From Bacteroidales bacterium (GTDB taxonomy: Bacteria > Bacteroidota > Bacteroidia > Bacteroidales > UBA3824), in contig JAEDDH010000010.1 in assembly GCA_016293845.1 (NCBI GenBank), forward strand, positions 4,104-68,103: DNA of 64,000 nucleotides, given 5' to 3'. Shown in pieces: positions 27,502-37,048 of this stretch. A program made the position numbers and the translations under genes. The notes under the pieces are model-generated. The model had not been told where the DNA came from. It saw only the letters and a program-made list of their open reading frames with translations, and made no database searches. Position 1 is the stretch's first letter, and each line of letters starts with the position of its first letter.

Positions 27502-29241
27502 ATGCAGACAAACTCGCTAATAGGACGCCGGCTCGGCAACTACAAAATAGACAGCCTTATTGATCAAGGTGGCATGGGAAGCGTATACGAAGGTGTTCAC
27601 ATGCTCCTCGGTCGAAGGGCTGCCATCAAGCAGCTCAACCCTATTCTCGAACAAAAAGAGGGCGTTAAAGAACGTTTTAAAAACGAGGCAATGATTCTAT
27701 CCAAACTCAAGCACCCTCATATAGTTAGCATCTACGACTATATCGAATGCGACGAGGGTACTTTTATTGTGATGGAACTTATCAAAGGCACTGCTCTTGA
27801 CGTTTACCTCAAAAACGAATCGGGACCTATTCCCGAGCCTCGTGCCGTCCGCTATATTTCGCAAATGCTCGACGCTATTGGATATATGCATTCAAAAAAC
27901 ATTATCCACCGCGACATTAAGCCCGGAAACTTTATCATCACTGCCGACGACGAAATCAAGATTCTCGATTTTGGCATTGCTCAGCTTATTGGCGAAACTC
28001 CTAAACACCTCACACAACCCGGCACTAAGGTTGGTACGGCTCTTTATATGAGTCCTCAGCAGGTTAAGGGACAGCCATTAGACCGCCGTACCGACATATA
28101 TTCGCTTGGCATTACGTTTTTTCAAATGCTAACGGGGCAACATCCTTACAACGTAAAACTCTCAGAATACGATATTTACAATAAAATTATCAACGAACCG
28201 CTGCCCCCGCCATCTTCGATTTATGCTGGAGTGTCGCCGCAGATGGAAGACATTATATATAAGGCAACTGCCAAAAAACCGTTAGACCGCTATCAAAACT
28301 GCGCCGCTTTTCTGCACGATGTAAAAGCCGCTGCCAAGCAAACTTCGGGCGAAGATAAGTATCTCAATACGCAGATTTTTGACTTTTCGCCTGTTGATAC
28401 CGAACGCAAACCGTCGGCATGGCGCAATATTGCCATCTTGCTTATGATTTCGATATTTTTGCTCGCTGTGGCTGTGTCGGTATTCACCTTTGGACGTCAC
28501 GACCAAATGCACGTTATCGGCGACAATGCACATCTCTATAAATCAGATAGTCTCAACGACGAACGCACCGACCGTCTCAACTATGGCGAAACTGTGCGCA
28601 TTGTGCCCGACCGTCCCGAAATAATCAACAACGGCACCGCTTGGGTAGAGGCCACTTCGCTGCGCGGCACCAAGGGTTATATTCCTAAAAAACAATTGGT
28701 TTCGGCAAAAATTTATCAGCAAATCAACTCAATGTTCCTTACCAAAGAGGCTATCGACCTTACTCCGTGCGAATACAAACTTCTGCTGTGGAAATATTTT
28801 GTAGAAAACAAGTATTTCCGCAACTCGTCTACCTCGTGGAAAATTACGTCAGATACCAAAAACGAGCTTGACTTTTCGGGCATTGCCTCTGGCCGGTTTA
28901 ACTCAAACTCCACACCCGATTATGCTTGCATTCTCCATAGCCTTAGCGACCGTCGCTGTCGTATACTTATTTTCCTCGACCAATCGTCCGAAAACATTGC
29001 GATAGATTATCCGGGTGAAATCCGAATCAAAACTATTCCCGCAGGCGAACAAGGCGGAGGATGGTTTCTCGGCAACACTTACAAACGCACAGCTGCCAAT
29101 GGTTCGCAATATGAGGTAGATAAATATGAGTTTCTCGCCACTGATGGAATAATGATTTATGACATCGAAAACGAAACCAATTCGGTGTGTGTGTTCAATT
29201 CTGCCGAAAACAAGATACACATTTACCAACAGCCTAAATAA
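27502..29241 (+). CDS. Hanks-type Ser/Thr protein kinase with TM helix and extracytoplasmic SH3b-like domain
   Basis: GGMGSVYEG (G-loop), AIKQL (VAIK Lys), HRDIKPGNF (catalytic loop), DFGIA and SPQQ (APE-like). TM helix IAILLMISIFLLAVAVSVF. GETVRIVPD...GTAWVEATSLRGTKGYIPKKQL is SH3_3-like. Confidence 0.9.
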   Translation: MQTNSLIGRRLGNYKIDSLIDQGGMGSVYEGVHMLLGRRAAIKQLNPILEQKEGVKERFKNEAMILSKLKHPHIVSIYDYIECDEGTFIVMELIKGTALDVYLKNESGPIPEPRAVRYISQMLDAIGYMHSKNIIHRDIKPGNFIITADDEIKILDFGIAQLIGETPKHLTQPGTKVGTALYMSPQQVKGQPLDRRTDIYSLGITFFQMLTGQHPYNVKLSEYDIYNKIINEPLPPPSSIYAGVSPQMEDIIYKATAKKPLDRYQNCAAFLHDVKAAAKQTSGEDKYLNTQIFDFSPVDTERKPSAWRNIAILLMISIFLLAVAVSVFTFGRHDQMHVIGDNAHLYKSDSLNDERTDRLNYGETVRIVPDRPEIINNGTAWVEATSLRGTKGYIPKKQLVSAKIYQQINSMFLTKEAIDLTPCEYKLLLWKYFVENKYFRNSSTSWKITSDTKNELDFSGIASGRFNSNSTPDYACILHSLSDRRCRILIFLDQSSENIAIDYPGEIRIKTIPAGEQGGGWFLGNTYKRTAANGSQYEVDKYEFLATDGIMIYDIENETNSVCVFNSAENKIHIYQQPK

Positions 29242-29245
29242 TTTT

Positions 29246-29253
29246 TACCTTTG
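29246..29253 (+). promoter_or_regulatory. Bacteroides-type -7 promoter box
   Basis: TACCTTTG lies 17 nt upstream of the ATG at 29270. Confidence 0.45.
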
Positions 29254-29269
29254 CAAAAAAACTAATAAC

Positions 29270-31543
29270 ATGAAATTTACAGCGAACGAAATAGCCGACA
29301 TACTCAACGCCGACTCTATAACAGGCAATAAATCATTAGAAGCCAACCAATTAATTCTTCGTGCAGCCACTGCCGCCACCCTACCCGATAGTGTTTATTT
29401 TGATCTCCGAAAATTCAAAGACCCGCCAAACGCTATTGAACGTATGCACAATCTCGGTGTAAGAATTTTTGTTTACGCCGAACCTTTAACTGCCGAACCG
29501 TTTAGCGACTCTGTATATATAAAGGTGCGCAACATCAACACCGCCATCAACCAATACATCACCGAAATTATCCGCCGCTACGAAGGCACAGTTATAGCCG
29601 TGCCTCAACGCAACAATCGTTGCTGCATAAAAGATTGGATGGCTCTATTGCTCAAAAACTCTGCAAATGTTTTTACCACAGCCCATTACACATCCGAATT
29701 AGATTTTCTCGAAAACGTCAGCCTATTAAACAACAGCTATGATATTGCAGTTTGTCAAATTCCCGACAACTACGAATACACCTCTATAGCTGCTATCGAA
29801 CAAGCCGACACTGTAAGTTTTAACGAAGAAGAATTTTCTATTTCGTTTAAAAAAGAAGAGGCATCTACCACAATCAATATCACCAAAAGTCAATCAGAAT
29901 TTCCGGCAACAATCAAAATACCATTTTGCGACACAGAGCACGCTCAAGATGCCGCCCAATGCCTTTGCTACCTGCTCAAGCAAAACCTTTACATTCCATC
30001 GGTTCACAACTCGGTGTTCAAATCGCTCGATATTCCCGACCCGCTTATCAAAATGCGTCAGGGCGATTTTAACATAGGTGTAGTGTCGTGTTTTTCGTCA
30101 AAAAACAACATCTACGCCATCTGCAAGTGTTTCGACTTTATGGCTCGTCAGCATCAGTTTAATTCGCTCACTGCCGTAATTGCAAAACCCGATTTTGAAA
30201 CCCTCACCAAAGATGAATTTTTTGCGCAGTTGTTTTTTGCTGCACGAGGTTGCGGAATTTCGCGCATTGTGTTTATAGGATATTTTGAACAGATACCTCA
30301 CAATGAATTTATACGCATTACCAAATACGATACTATTCAAGACTTTATCGATAATTTTGCCGAACAAACCTACACAGAAGGCGGCATTTTGCTCAAAGGC
30401 GAATGTTACGACGATTTTGCCGACGCTTTCGACTTTTTTCACACAGGTAACCACGATACTGTTTTAGAAGTTAGTCTCAATGCGCTCAAGCACAACCTCA
30501 ACTACTATCGCGCACTGCTCCGTCCGCAAACAAAAATGATTGCAATGGTAAAGGCCAATTGCTACGGCAGCGGAAGTTTTCAAATCGCCAACATGTTGCA
30601 AAACAATGGTGTAGACTATCTTTGTGTAGCTTTTGCTGAAGAAGGTATAGCCCTTCGTCGTGCCAATATCAAGATGCCCGTTATGGTAATGAACTACGAC
30701 GGACGCAACTACAAGCAATTAATCAACTACCGTCTCGAACCCGTATTGTTCTCGTCTGAGCGCACACTCCGCCTTATCGAAATTCTTAAAGAACGCGGCA
30801 TTAAAAACTATCCCGTTCATGTAAAACTCGATACTGGTATGCACCGTTCGGGCTTTATGACGCACGAATTAGAAGAGTTTTGCAACATTGTTAAGAGCAA
30901 TGCCGACACTATTAATATAGTTTCGATGTTTACCCACTTTGTGGCAGCCGACGACAACCAAGAAGATAAGTTCTCGTTAACGCAAGTTCAGCGTTTTACA
31001 CAAATGGCATATACCATTTGCCGTCTTACAGGGCTCAATCCTATGCGCCATATCTGCAATTCGGTTGGTATTGAGCGCTTTACAGATTATCAGTTTAATA
31101 TGGTTCGCCTCGGAATCGGTCTTTACGGCGTGGCATACGAAGCCACCGAGCAACTTATGGGCATTTCTAAATGGAAAACCAACATAGTGCAAATCAAAAA
31201 TATAGATAAAACCGAAACCGTGGGATACAACCGCCGTGGCAAAATCAGCCGCGATTCGCGCATTGCCCTCATTCCTGTAGGATATGCCGACGGACTCAAC
31301 CGCAAATTTGGCAACGGCAACCTCCAAGTAGAAATCAACGGACACCGCGCACCCATCATCGGCAATATCTGTATGGATATGTGCATGGTAGACATCACCG
31401 ACATTGAGTGCAAAGCTGGCGACGAAGTTGTTATTTTTGATACTAACACTAAACTTATCGAAATGGCAAACGCTATAGGCACAATTCCATACGAAATACT
31501 CACCGGTATATCTCCGCGGGTAGCAAGAGTTTATGTAGAATAA
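29270..31543 (+). CDS. alr: Fusion protein: degenerate MurF-like N-terminal domain + alanine racemase
   Basis: I prefer the start at MKFTANEIADIL (ATG 29270). The C-terminal half has the alanine racemase motifs MVKANCYGSG (PLP Lys) and GYADG. The N-terminal ~430 aa has the Bacteroidetes MurF/Alr fusion layout but no GxxGKT/S P-loop. Confidence 0.85.
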   Translation: MKFTANEIADILNADSITGNKSLEANQLILRAATAATLPDSVYFDLRKFKDPPNAIERMHNLGVRIFVYAEPLTAEPFSDSVYIKVRNINTAINQYITEIIRRYEGTVIAVPQRNNRCCIKDWMALLLKNSANVFTTAHYTSELDFLENVSLLNNSYDIAVCQIPDNYEYTSIAAIEQADTVSFNEEEFSISFKKEEASTTINITKSQSEFPATIKIPFCDTEHAQDAAQCLCYLLKQNLYIPSVHNSVFKSLDIPDPLIKMRQGDFNIGVVSCFSSKNNIYAICKCFDFMARQHQFNSLTAVIAKPDFETLTKDEFFAQLFFAARGCGISRIVFIGYFEQIPHNEFIRITKYDTIQDFIDNFAEQTYTEGGILLKGECYDDFADAFDFFHTGNHDTVLEVSLNALKHNLNYYRALLRPQTKMIAMVKANCYGSGSFQIANMLQNNGVDYLCVAFAEEGIALRRANIKMPVMVMNYDGRNYKQLINYRLEPVLFSSERTLRLIEILKERGIKNYPVHVKLDTGMHRSGFMTHELEEFCNIVKSNADTINIVSMFTHFVAADDNQEDKFSLTQVQRFTQMAYTICRLTGLNPMRHICNSVGIERFTDYQFNMVRLGIGLYGVAYEATEQLMGISKWKTNIVQIKNIDKTETVGYNRRGKISRDSRIALIPVGYADGLNRKFGNGNLQVEINGHRAPIIGNICMDMCMVDITDIECKAGDEVVIFDTNTKLIEMANAIGTIPYEILTGISPRVARVYVE

Positions 31544-31605
31544 AAAAATATTTTTTTTCACTCCCGATTTTTGCATTCAACTATTCTAATACAAAAATTT
31601 CTGTT

Positions 31606-31613
31606 TATCTTTG
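31606..31613 (+). promoter_or_regulatory. Bacteroides-type -7 promoter box
   Basis: TATCTTTG lies 38 nt upstream of the ATG at 31651. Confidence 0.4.
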
Positions 31614-31650
31614 TATCGTTATTACAACCTTTATACAAACAGGAAAACAG

Positions 31651-32385
31651 ATGAAAATTTTTGGAAAGAAAGACGAAGGCATCTTCACTACACGTATGTT
31701 GACTACGATAACAGACATTATCGTAAAAAAATACATTAAAGCAGGCTACATTGCGCCCGAAAACTACGAAGATACCCGACAGACGATAATTGAAAAATAT
31801 ATTGCTAAACGCGAGCATATCGAAAGTTTGTACGACAAGCGGGCAAAACCTGAAACCTATCTTTCTGCCGTGCTCTACAAAATGATGCTCGAAATTATGA
31901 GGACAACTTCTTCAAAACAGAAGCATTTTGGCGAATACGAAGCAACCGTGCTAAAAAACGGCGAGGGACATCAAATCACCCCCGAAGAAAAACTGATTAT
32001 CGAGAACGAAAAAAAATATCTCGAAAAAGTGCTTGCTTCATTCGGTCACGAAACCTCCAAAGTTACTCTATTCTGCAAAATGTTTTTCAGAATAAGGCCT
32101 TCAAAACAAGAATTGGAGGCGTATCTAAAACACGAGGCAGACAACGATATATTAAAATTAACGTTCATTGAAGGCAACGAACTCGACAAAGACATTTTTG
32201 ACAGGCTATGCACAATTTGCAACACCGCCGAAAACAAAAACAACAAACCCGATGCTGTGCGTATGTTTGTAGGTAAAACCAACGGCAAAATTATCAACCG
32301 TCTCAACCTCAACCGACAAACAAATTACAACGAAGAATCGCTTGCACTGCTATTTGATATGGTATATACTGACAAAGACACATAA
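31651..32385 (+). CDS. Hypothetical protein with weak sigma-70 region 2 / region 4-like pattern
   Basis: 244 aa. IVKKYIKAGYIAPENYEDTRQTIIEKYIA...PETYLSAVLYKMMLEIMR resembles sigma-70 region 2 spacing (acidic-D/Q...W/YL...R). A helix-rich second half follows. Assigned by eye only. Confidence 0.35.
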   Translation: MKIFGKKDEGIFTTRMLTTITDIIVKKYIKAGYIAPENYEDTRQTIIEKYIAKREHIESLYDKRAKPETYLSAVLYKMMLEIMRTTSSKQKHFGEYEATVLKNGEGHQITPEEKLIIENEKKYLEKVLASFGHETSKVTLFCKMFFRIRPSKQELEAYLKHEADNDILKLTFIEGNELDKDIFDRLCTICNTAENKNNKPDAVRMFVGKTNGKIINRLNLNRQTNYNEESLALLFDMVYTDKDT

Positions 32386-32429
32386 CTTTTGAATAAATAA
32401 ATAACCAACTCTAACACATTATATATTGT

Positions 32430-32969
32430 ATGCAAACCACCGACTATAACCAACTTGCTCGATGCGCTGATTACCACAACAGCAAGGGTACATCCCTCTC
32501 ATCCGACGATAACGCTCGAATGTCAGAAGATGACGATTTTGCAATGTCTGCTGTTGACATCGCCGAAATATCGTCTTTGGCACAAAATAAACTTTCCAAA
32601 AATAATACCGTAAAACTGATTCCTTTGCTCGCCATTGTGGCTGCAGCCATAGCTGCGTTTGTATTTATTCCTAAAACAGCCATAGAAGACGCTGCACCTG
32701 CCCTCAAAACCTCTGTTTCGTCTGTTGCCAAAACAACAGCCGACAACATCACCGCCGAAAACGGAATTGCAACAATTTCGTGGCAGTTTGAAGCCACATC
32801 TGCCGATACTCTTGTGATTTACGATGTAAACGGCAAGTCTCTTGTAAAAAAACCTATCTCAGGAAACGCCGCAACAATTGCACTTCCACAATCTGCCCAA
32901 AAATACATCTACAAAATTGAGCGATATTCTACCGACATCCTCAAAAAAGGAACTATTTTGATAAAATAG
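32430..32969 (+). CDS. Single-pass membrane protein with anti-sigma-like architecture
   Basis: 179 aa. Acidic cytoplasmic N-terminus, TM helix LIPLLAIVAAAIAAFVFI and a beta-rich exported C-domain. It lies 45 nt downstream of the sigma-like gene. Confidence 0.4.
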   Translation: MQTTDYNQLARCADYHNSKGTSLSSDDNARMSEDDDFAMSAVDIAEISSLAQNKLSKNNTVKLIPLLAIVAAAIAAFVFIPKTAIEDAAPALKTSVSSVAKTTADNITAENGIATISWQFEATSADTLVIYDVNGKSLVKKPISGNAATIALPQSAQKYIYKIERYSTDILKKGTILIK

Positions 32970-33139
32970 CTCTTATAATCGTATCCGTTTTTGCAAGAGC
33001 AAGAATCATTTGACAATGCTCTTGCTTAAATCTCCACGTCCTGCTATCGCCTTCGGCAACCTCTGAATCTAAACGAATATTGTAAGCAATGAAAAAATGG
33101 GATGATATAGATGAGAAAAAGTAAAATGCACATCATGCT

Positions 33140-33412
33140 ATGCTTTTTGCTTCTTTTGGCTTGTTTTGGTGTATAATAGTGATTATTGGATGGTCTCCTG
33201 ATTATCATTTAGATGAGGAAAAGGCAATTATTATGCTTGTGCATAATTGGTGGGGTGCGTATGGCTTGTTGGCTTTATTGATTGTTTTAATGATGATTGC
33301 CCTTTTTTGGATATGGCTATCTATTTCGGACTTAAAGGATTATAAAGCAGCCACTCAAATACGTGAGAAGATGGACATTAATAATAATTTAGAAATAATC
33401 AAATCAAAATAG
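33140..33412 (+). CDS. Small two-TM membrane protein (hypothetical)
   Basis: 90 aa with two hydrophobic helices. I recognise no family, so the coding status is uncertain. Confidence 0.3.
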   Translation: MLFASFGLFWCIIVIIGWSPDYHLDEEKAIIMLVHNWWGAYGLLALLIVLMMIALFWIWLSISDLKDYKAATQIREKMDINNNLEIIKSK

Positions 33413-33704
33413 TACTACATATATAAAATAAAAGACGTTTATATTATTTCTTTTTCTGTAAAAACCAAAGATTACCATCAATACATAATTGAGGGAATGG
33501 GTTTTGAAAATGATAAATTGTGAGATGATTTATGGCGTGACGTTAAGCATCATCCCGAAAACTATCAAGAATGGGATGTAGACAAATATTATTTTTTTGG
33601 CAATTTAGAACAAAACAATAACAACCCCTCAAACAAATAACGCACAAACCTACCGCAATATAAAAAAAAAGTTTTCAACCCTTTCATCGTAACGAAAAAA
33701 AGCT

Positions 33705-33712
33705 TATCTTTG
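33705..33712 (+). promoter_or_regulatory. Bacteroides-type -7 promoter box
   Basis: TATCTTTG lies 32 nt upstream of the ATG at 33744. Confidence 0.45.
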
Positions 33713-33743
33713 GGAAGAAATCAAACTTTTAAAACACCGCATT

Positions 33744-34878
33744 ATGGACAATCTTATAATTCCTGTAGAGGGACTTGCTGGAAAATTTGAGCAGCAGTTT
33801 ACCGAACTCAAAAACGAAATTATCAACCCTAACATCCTGATTCTCGGACAGACGGGCGTGGGCAAAAGTTCGCTCATCAATACCATCTTTGACAAAAATA
33901 TCGCTGCCGTTAGCAACACAAAGGCGCAGACTCGCGGCTTTCACGTTTATGCCGACAAGAATGTGCCCGTAAACATCATCGACAGTGAGGGTTACGAACT
34001 CGAAAAATCTGCCGACTTTAAAAAGATGATTGAGGAGTATCTCAACCTGCATTTCGACGAACTAAACAAGCAGATTCACCTTGCGTGGTATTGCATCAGT
34101 ATTTCGTCGGCAAGGGTACTGCCATACGATATAGATATTCTTAAATTTCTGTTAGAGAAGAATATACCTACATGCGTGGTGCTTACTCAATGCGACAACG
34201 ACACTCCCGAAGGCACTACCGCTGCACAACTCAAAAAGGTTATCGACGATAATTTTGACGGAAAAATAGATTGTTTTCAAGTGTCGAACGATGAGGAGAT
34301 TAACAAGCAGTTGAATATCGACGAATTGATATATTGGTCGCGCAACAATTTGAGCGAGGAGAACCTCCGTCTCGGATTTGCTGTGGCTCAGAAAAAGAAC
34401 CTCGAACTGAAGAAAGAGGACGCCGAAAAACGCATAAAATATTACGCCGCCTCTGCCGCCGCCGTGGGGGCAACGCCTATACCCGTGAGCGATGCGGTGT
34501 TGCTTACAGCATTGCAGGTGAAGATGTGCGCCGATATTTTTGGCATTTACGGATTAGACAACAACATTAGCAGCACCATCAAAAACGTTATCAGCGGACA
34601 GGTGGTGTCGCTACTTGGCAAAACTCTTGCCGGCAACCTTATTAAACTGATACCCGGCGCAGGCAACGGCTGTGGGCGCGGTGATAAATGCAACCGTGGC
34701 AACATCAATAACTGTGTCGATGGGCTACGCAATTTCGCGTTTAACCAAAAAATGTATCGAGAGTCGTCTTACAGGCAAGTTTATGGAGGGATTGCCCGTG
34801 ATTTTCAATCAAGAAAACCTCAACAAACTTATCGACGAGTTTAACGCCAAAAACAAGGAATGCAAAGAGAACAGTTAA
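33744..34878 (+). CDS. GTPase (MMR_HSR1-like G domain) fused to a DUF697/YcjF-like membrane-associated domain; interrupted by a +1 frameshift near 34655-34672
   Basis: G1 GQTGVGKSS, G3 DSEG, G4 TQCD. The C-terminal AAVGATPIPVSDAVLLTALQVKMCADIFGIYG...KLIPGAG continues sensibly only in the next frame (AVGAVINATVATSITVSMGYAISRL..., ORF 34672..34878). Confidence 0.7.
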
Positions 34879-36251
34879 ACATAATTATAGCAGGCAAATC
34901 GGGTGTTGGTAAAAGTTCGTTTCTCAATTATCTTTCGGGAAAGGACTTTTTCAAAACCGGCATTGGTACGCCCGTTACGCAAGAATATTTTGAATGTGTT
35001 GAGTATCAATCAGAAAACGGTATAACCTACCATCTTTTTGATACCAAAGGCATTGAACCCGACACGGCATCCGAATGTCGCGCCGAAATAATTAAGCGTA
35101 TAAATGATTGCGACCGCAAGACCAATATTTTTGATTGGATACACACTGTGTATTACTGTTTTGCGGCGTCGGGCAAGAGGATAGAGAGTTTTGAGGTGGA
35201 TTTTATTAAGCAATTGATGGAAAAAGCCTCGGTGATAATTCTTCTTACCAAAAAAGACCTTGTTGATGATGTTGTTATCAATCAGATTAAGAGTCAGATA
35301 CGCAAAGAAATTGGCGACACGGTTCAGGTAATATCAGTTTGCAGCGTAACGGTTAAAACCCGCAAAGGAGAATCGTCGCCGTCGGGCAGAGAAACCGTAT
35401 TGCGTGCGGGATTTCTCGGACTCTGGAACAAAATTGCCAAAACACGTTGCCACAAAATTGCCTCTATGATAGATTCGCTCATTGATTGGGATATGGTGCA
35501 ACGACATTTACCCGACGATGAGGTGATGCGTAGTATGTTTCCTGAAATTCGCCGCAAGCACGAGAGGTTGAGCCTGTTGCAGTTTTTGCAGCACGTGAAT
35601 ATCGACAACCTTTGGGATCCGTTTATGTTTTCGCTTTTGCTCGACCAGTGCCGCAAGAATATCTTGGCTTTTGATGCTGAGCACGTGTGCGCCACCAATC
35701 AGAATATCTACAACAGCGTTTTTGCTTTTTATCAAAAACTTAACGGCTTTTTCCCCAACATTATCTATTCGCACAATTCAAAGGAGGAACTTATTAAAGT
35801 AAAACATTACGACATAGACGCTAAGATAAACGGTATCAAGTCGTTGCACGAAGAACTAAAATCTGCCGAAAAAGAGGTTGACGATACATTTCTATTCGAC
35901 GGTAAGGAAAAAGTAGTACTCGAACATCGCCGTGGACAGTACCGTCATCGTATAAAGGACACCGCAAAGGAGATTTCGCGCTTGTTGGAAAATTTTATAA
36001 AGGTTTATCAAACAGAACTTTATCAATACGGGCAAGACTGTCTGCGCGACGACCAACTCAACACTCACGCTGGTCCGATTACTTCGCCTGCCGACCTAAC
36101 TCGCAACGAAACAATATTTTACCGTATTTGTCACGCCTTGTTTAAGGCTCACCGCACCGACCCCGAAACGCTTGCCATTATTGCTGAAACGCTTGGAATT
36201 AGCGACACTGTTTCGCAAAATATTATTAATTTTGCCGCCAAAGAAATTTAA
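34860..36251 (+). CDS. GTPase (MMR_HSR1-like G domain) with a long helical C-terminal domain
   Basis: 463 aa. G1 AGKSGVGKSS, G3 DTKG, G4 TKKD. Its start overlaps the upstream GTPase gene by 19 nt. Confidence 0.75.
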   Translation: MQREQLNIIIAGKSGVGKSSFLNYLSGKDFFKTGIGTPVTQEYFECVEYQSENGITYHLFDTKGIEPDTASECRAEIIKRINDCDRKTNIFDWIHTVYYCFAASGKRIESFEVDFIKQLMEKASVIILLTKKDLVDDVVINQIKSQIRKEIGDTVQVISVCSVTVKTRKGESSPSGRETVLRAGFLGLWNKIAKTRCHKIASMIDSLIDWDMVQRHLPDDEVMRSMFPEIRRKHERLSLLQFLQHVNIDNLWDPFMFSLLLDQCRKNILAFDAEHVCATNQNIYNSVFAFYQKLNGFFPNIIYSHNSKEELIKVKHYDIDAKINGIKSLHEELKSAEKEVDDTFLFDGKEKVVLEHRRGQYRHRIKDTAKEISRLLENFIKVYQTELYQYGQDCLRDDQLNTHAGPITSPADLTRNETIFYRICHALFKAHRTDPETLAIIAETLGISDTVSQNIINFAAKEI

Positions 36252-36262
36252 ATTTTCGTCTA

Positions 36263-37048
36263 ATGGAGACTATTGCTCTTGTTTCGTTTTTACCTGTTTT
36301 TTTGATTCTTTATTACATTTATAAAAAAGACCGCGACCCCGAACCAATTCAAACAGTGAGTCTTACGTTTGTATTTGGTGCGGTTTCGTGTATTCCTGCC
36401 ATTTTTCTTGAACTTGGAGCCGAGTATGCTCTTAACGCTTCGACGCTCGAAGTGGATACGCCTATTTACAATCGTGCGCGTATGTTTGCTGGCGTGGCGT
36501 TGATAGAGGAGGTTTGCAAATGGTGCGTGGTAATGCTCTTTATTTGGAAACACAAAGATTTCGACGATTCGTACGATGCCATTGTATATTGCGTAACGGC
36601 GTCGCTCGGTTTTGCGGCTTTGGAAAACTTGCTTTACGTGGCGCAAAAAGGTCTGGCTGTGGGAGTTATGCGTGCCGTTACCTCTGTTCCTGGACACGCT
36701 TGCTTCGGTGTTTTTATGGGATACTTTTTGGCAAAGGCAAAATACCATTCAAGCCACGGTGATACAAAAAAAACGATACTTTGGATGGCTCTTGCGCTTG
36801 CTGTGCCGGTGCTTGTTCACGGCGAATACGACTACCTGCTCACTGTGGATATGCTGTGGGTATTTTTGGGTTTGATTGTGGTTGTCGACATTGTGGCGTT
36901 TGTGCTTATTCACCAAAGTTTTCACGACGACCATCCGATTGTTGACCGTCCAACTCCCATTCCGCCGGAGTTTCCTACCACGCGGCCGGAGTTCCATAAC
37001 TCTGTTCCTCCCACTTTTAACCCCAACAATCAATGCGATACAAACTAA
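36263..37048 (+). CDS. prsW: PrsW-family intramembrane metalloprotease
   Basis: 261 aa with multiple TM helices. EE..K motif (ALIEEVCKW), FAALENLLY and HACFGVFMGY histidine motifs, and a proline-rich tail. Confidence 0.8.
   Translation: METIALVSFLPVFLILYYIYKKDRDPEPIQTVSLTFVFGAVSCIPAIFLELGAEYALNASTLEVDTPIYNRARMFAGVALIEEVCKWCVVMLFIWKHKDFDDSYDAIVYCVTASLGFAALENLLYVAQKGLAVGVMRAVTSVPGHACFGVFMGYFLAKAKYHSSHGDTKKTILWMALALAVPVLVHGEYDYLLTVDMLWVFLGLIVVVDIVAFVLIHQSFHDDHPIVDRPTPIPPEFPTTRPEFHNSVPPTFNPNNQCDTN

Noticed and set aside
29159-29269. N-terminal extensions offered by the ORF track for alr (29159), dusB (14001), valS (50091), purD (46864), the lipoprotein (52875), abfA (54659), ubiX (16717) and the TonB receptor (3182).
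   Set aside because: The extensions overlap upstream genes, terminators or promoters. In each case an internal ATG gives a canonical N-terminus or signal peptide and is preceded by a TAnnTTTG box.
32993-33025. The hairpin GCAAGAGCA...TGCTCTTGC after the anti-sigma-like gene as a terminator.
   Set aside because: No T-run follows the 3' arm, so I did not call it as a feature. It may still be a weak or factor-dependent terminator.
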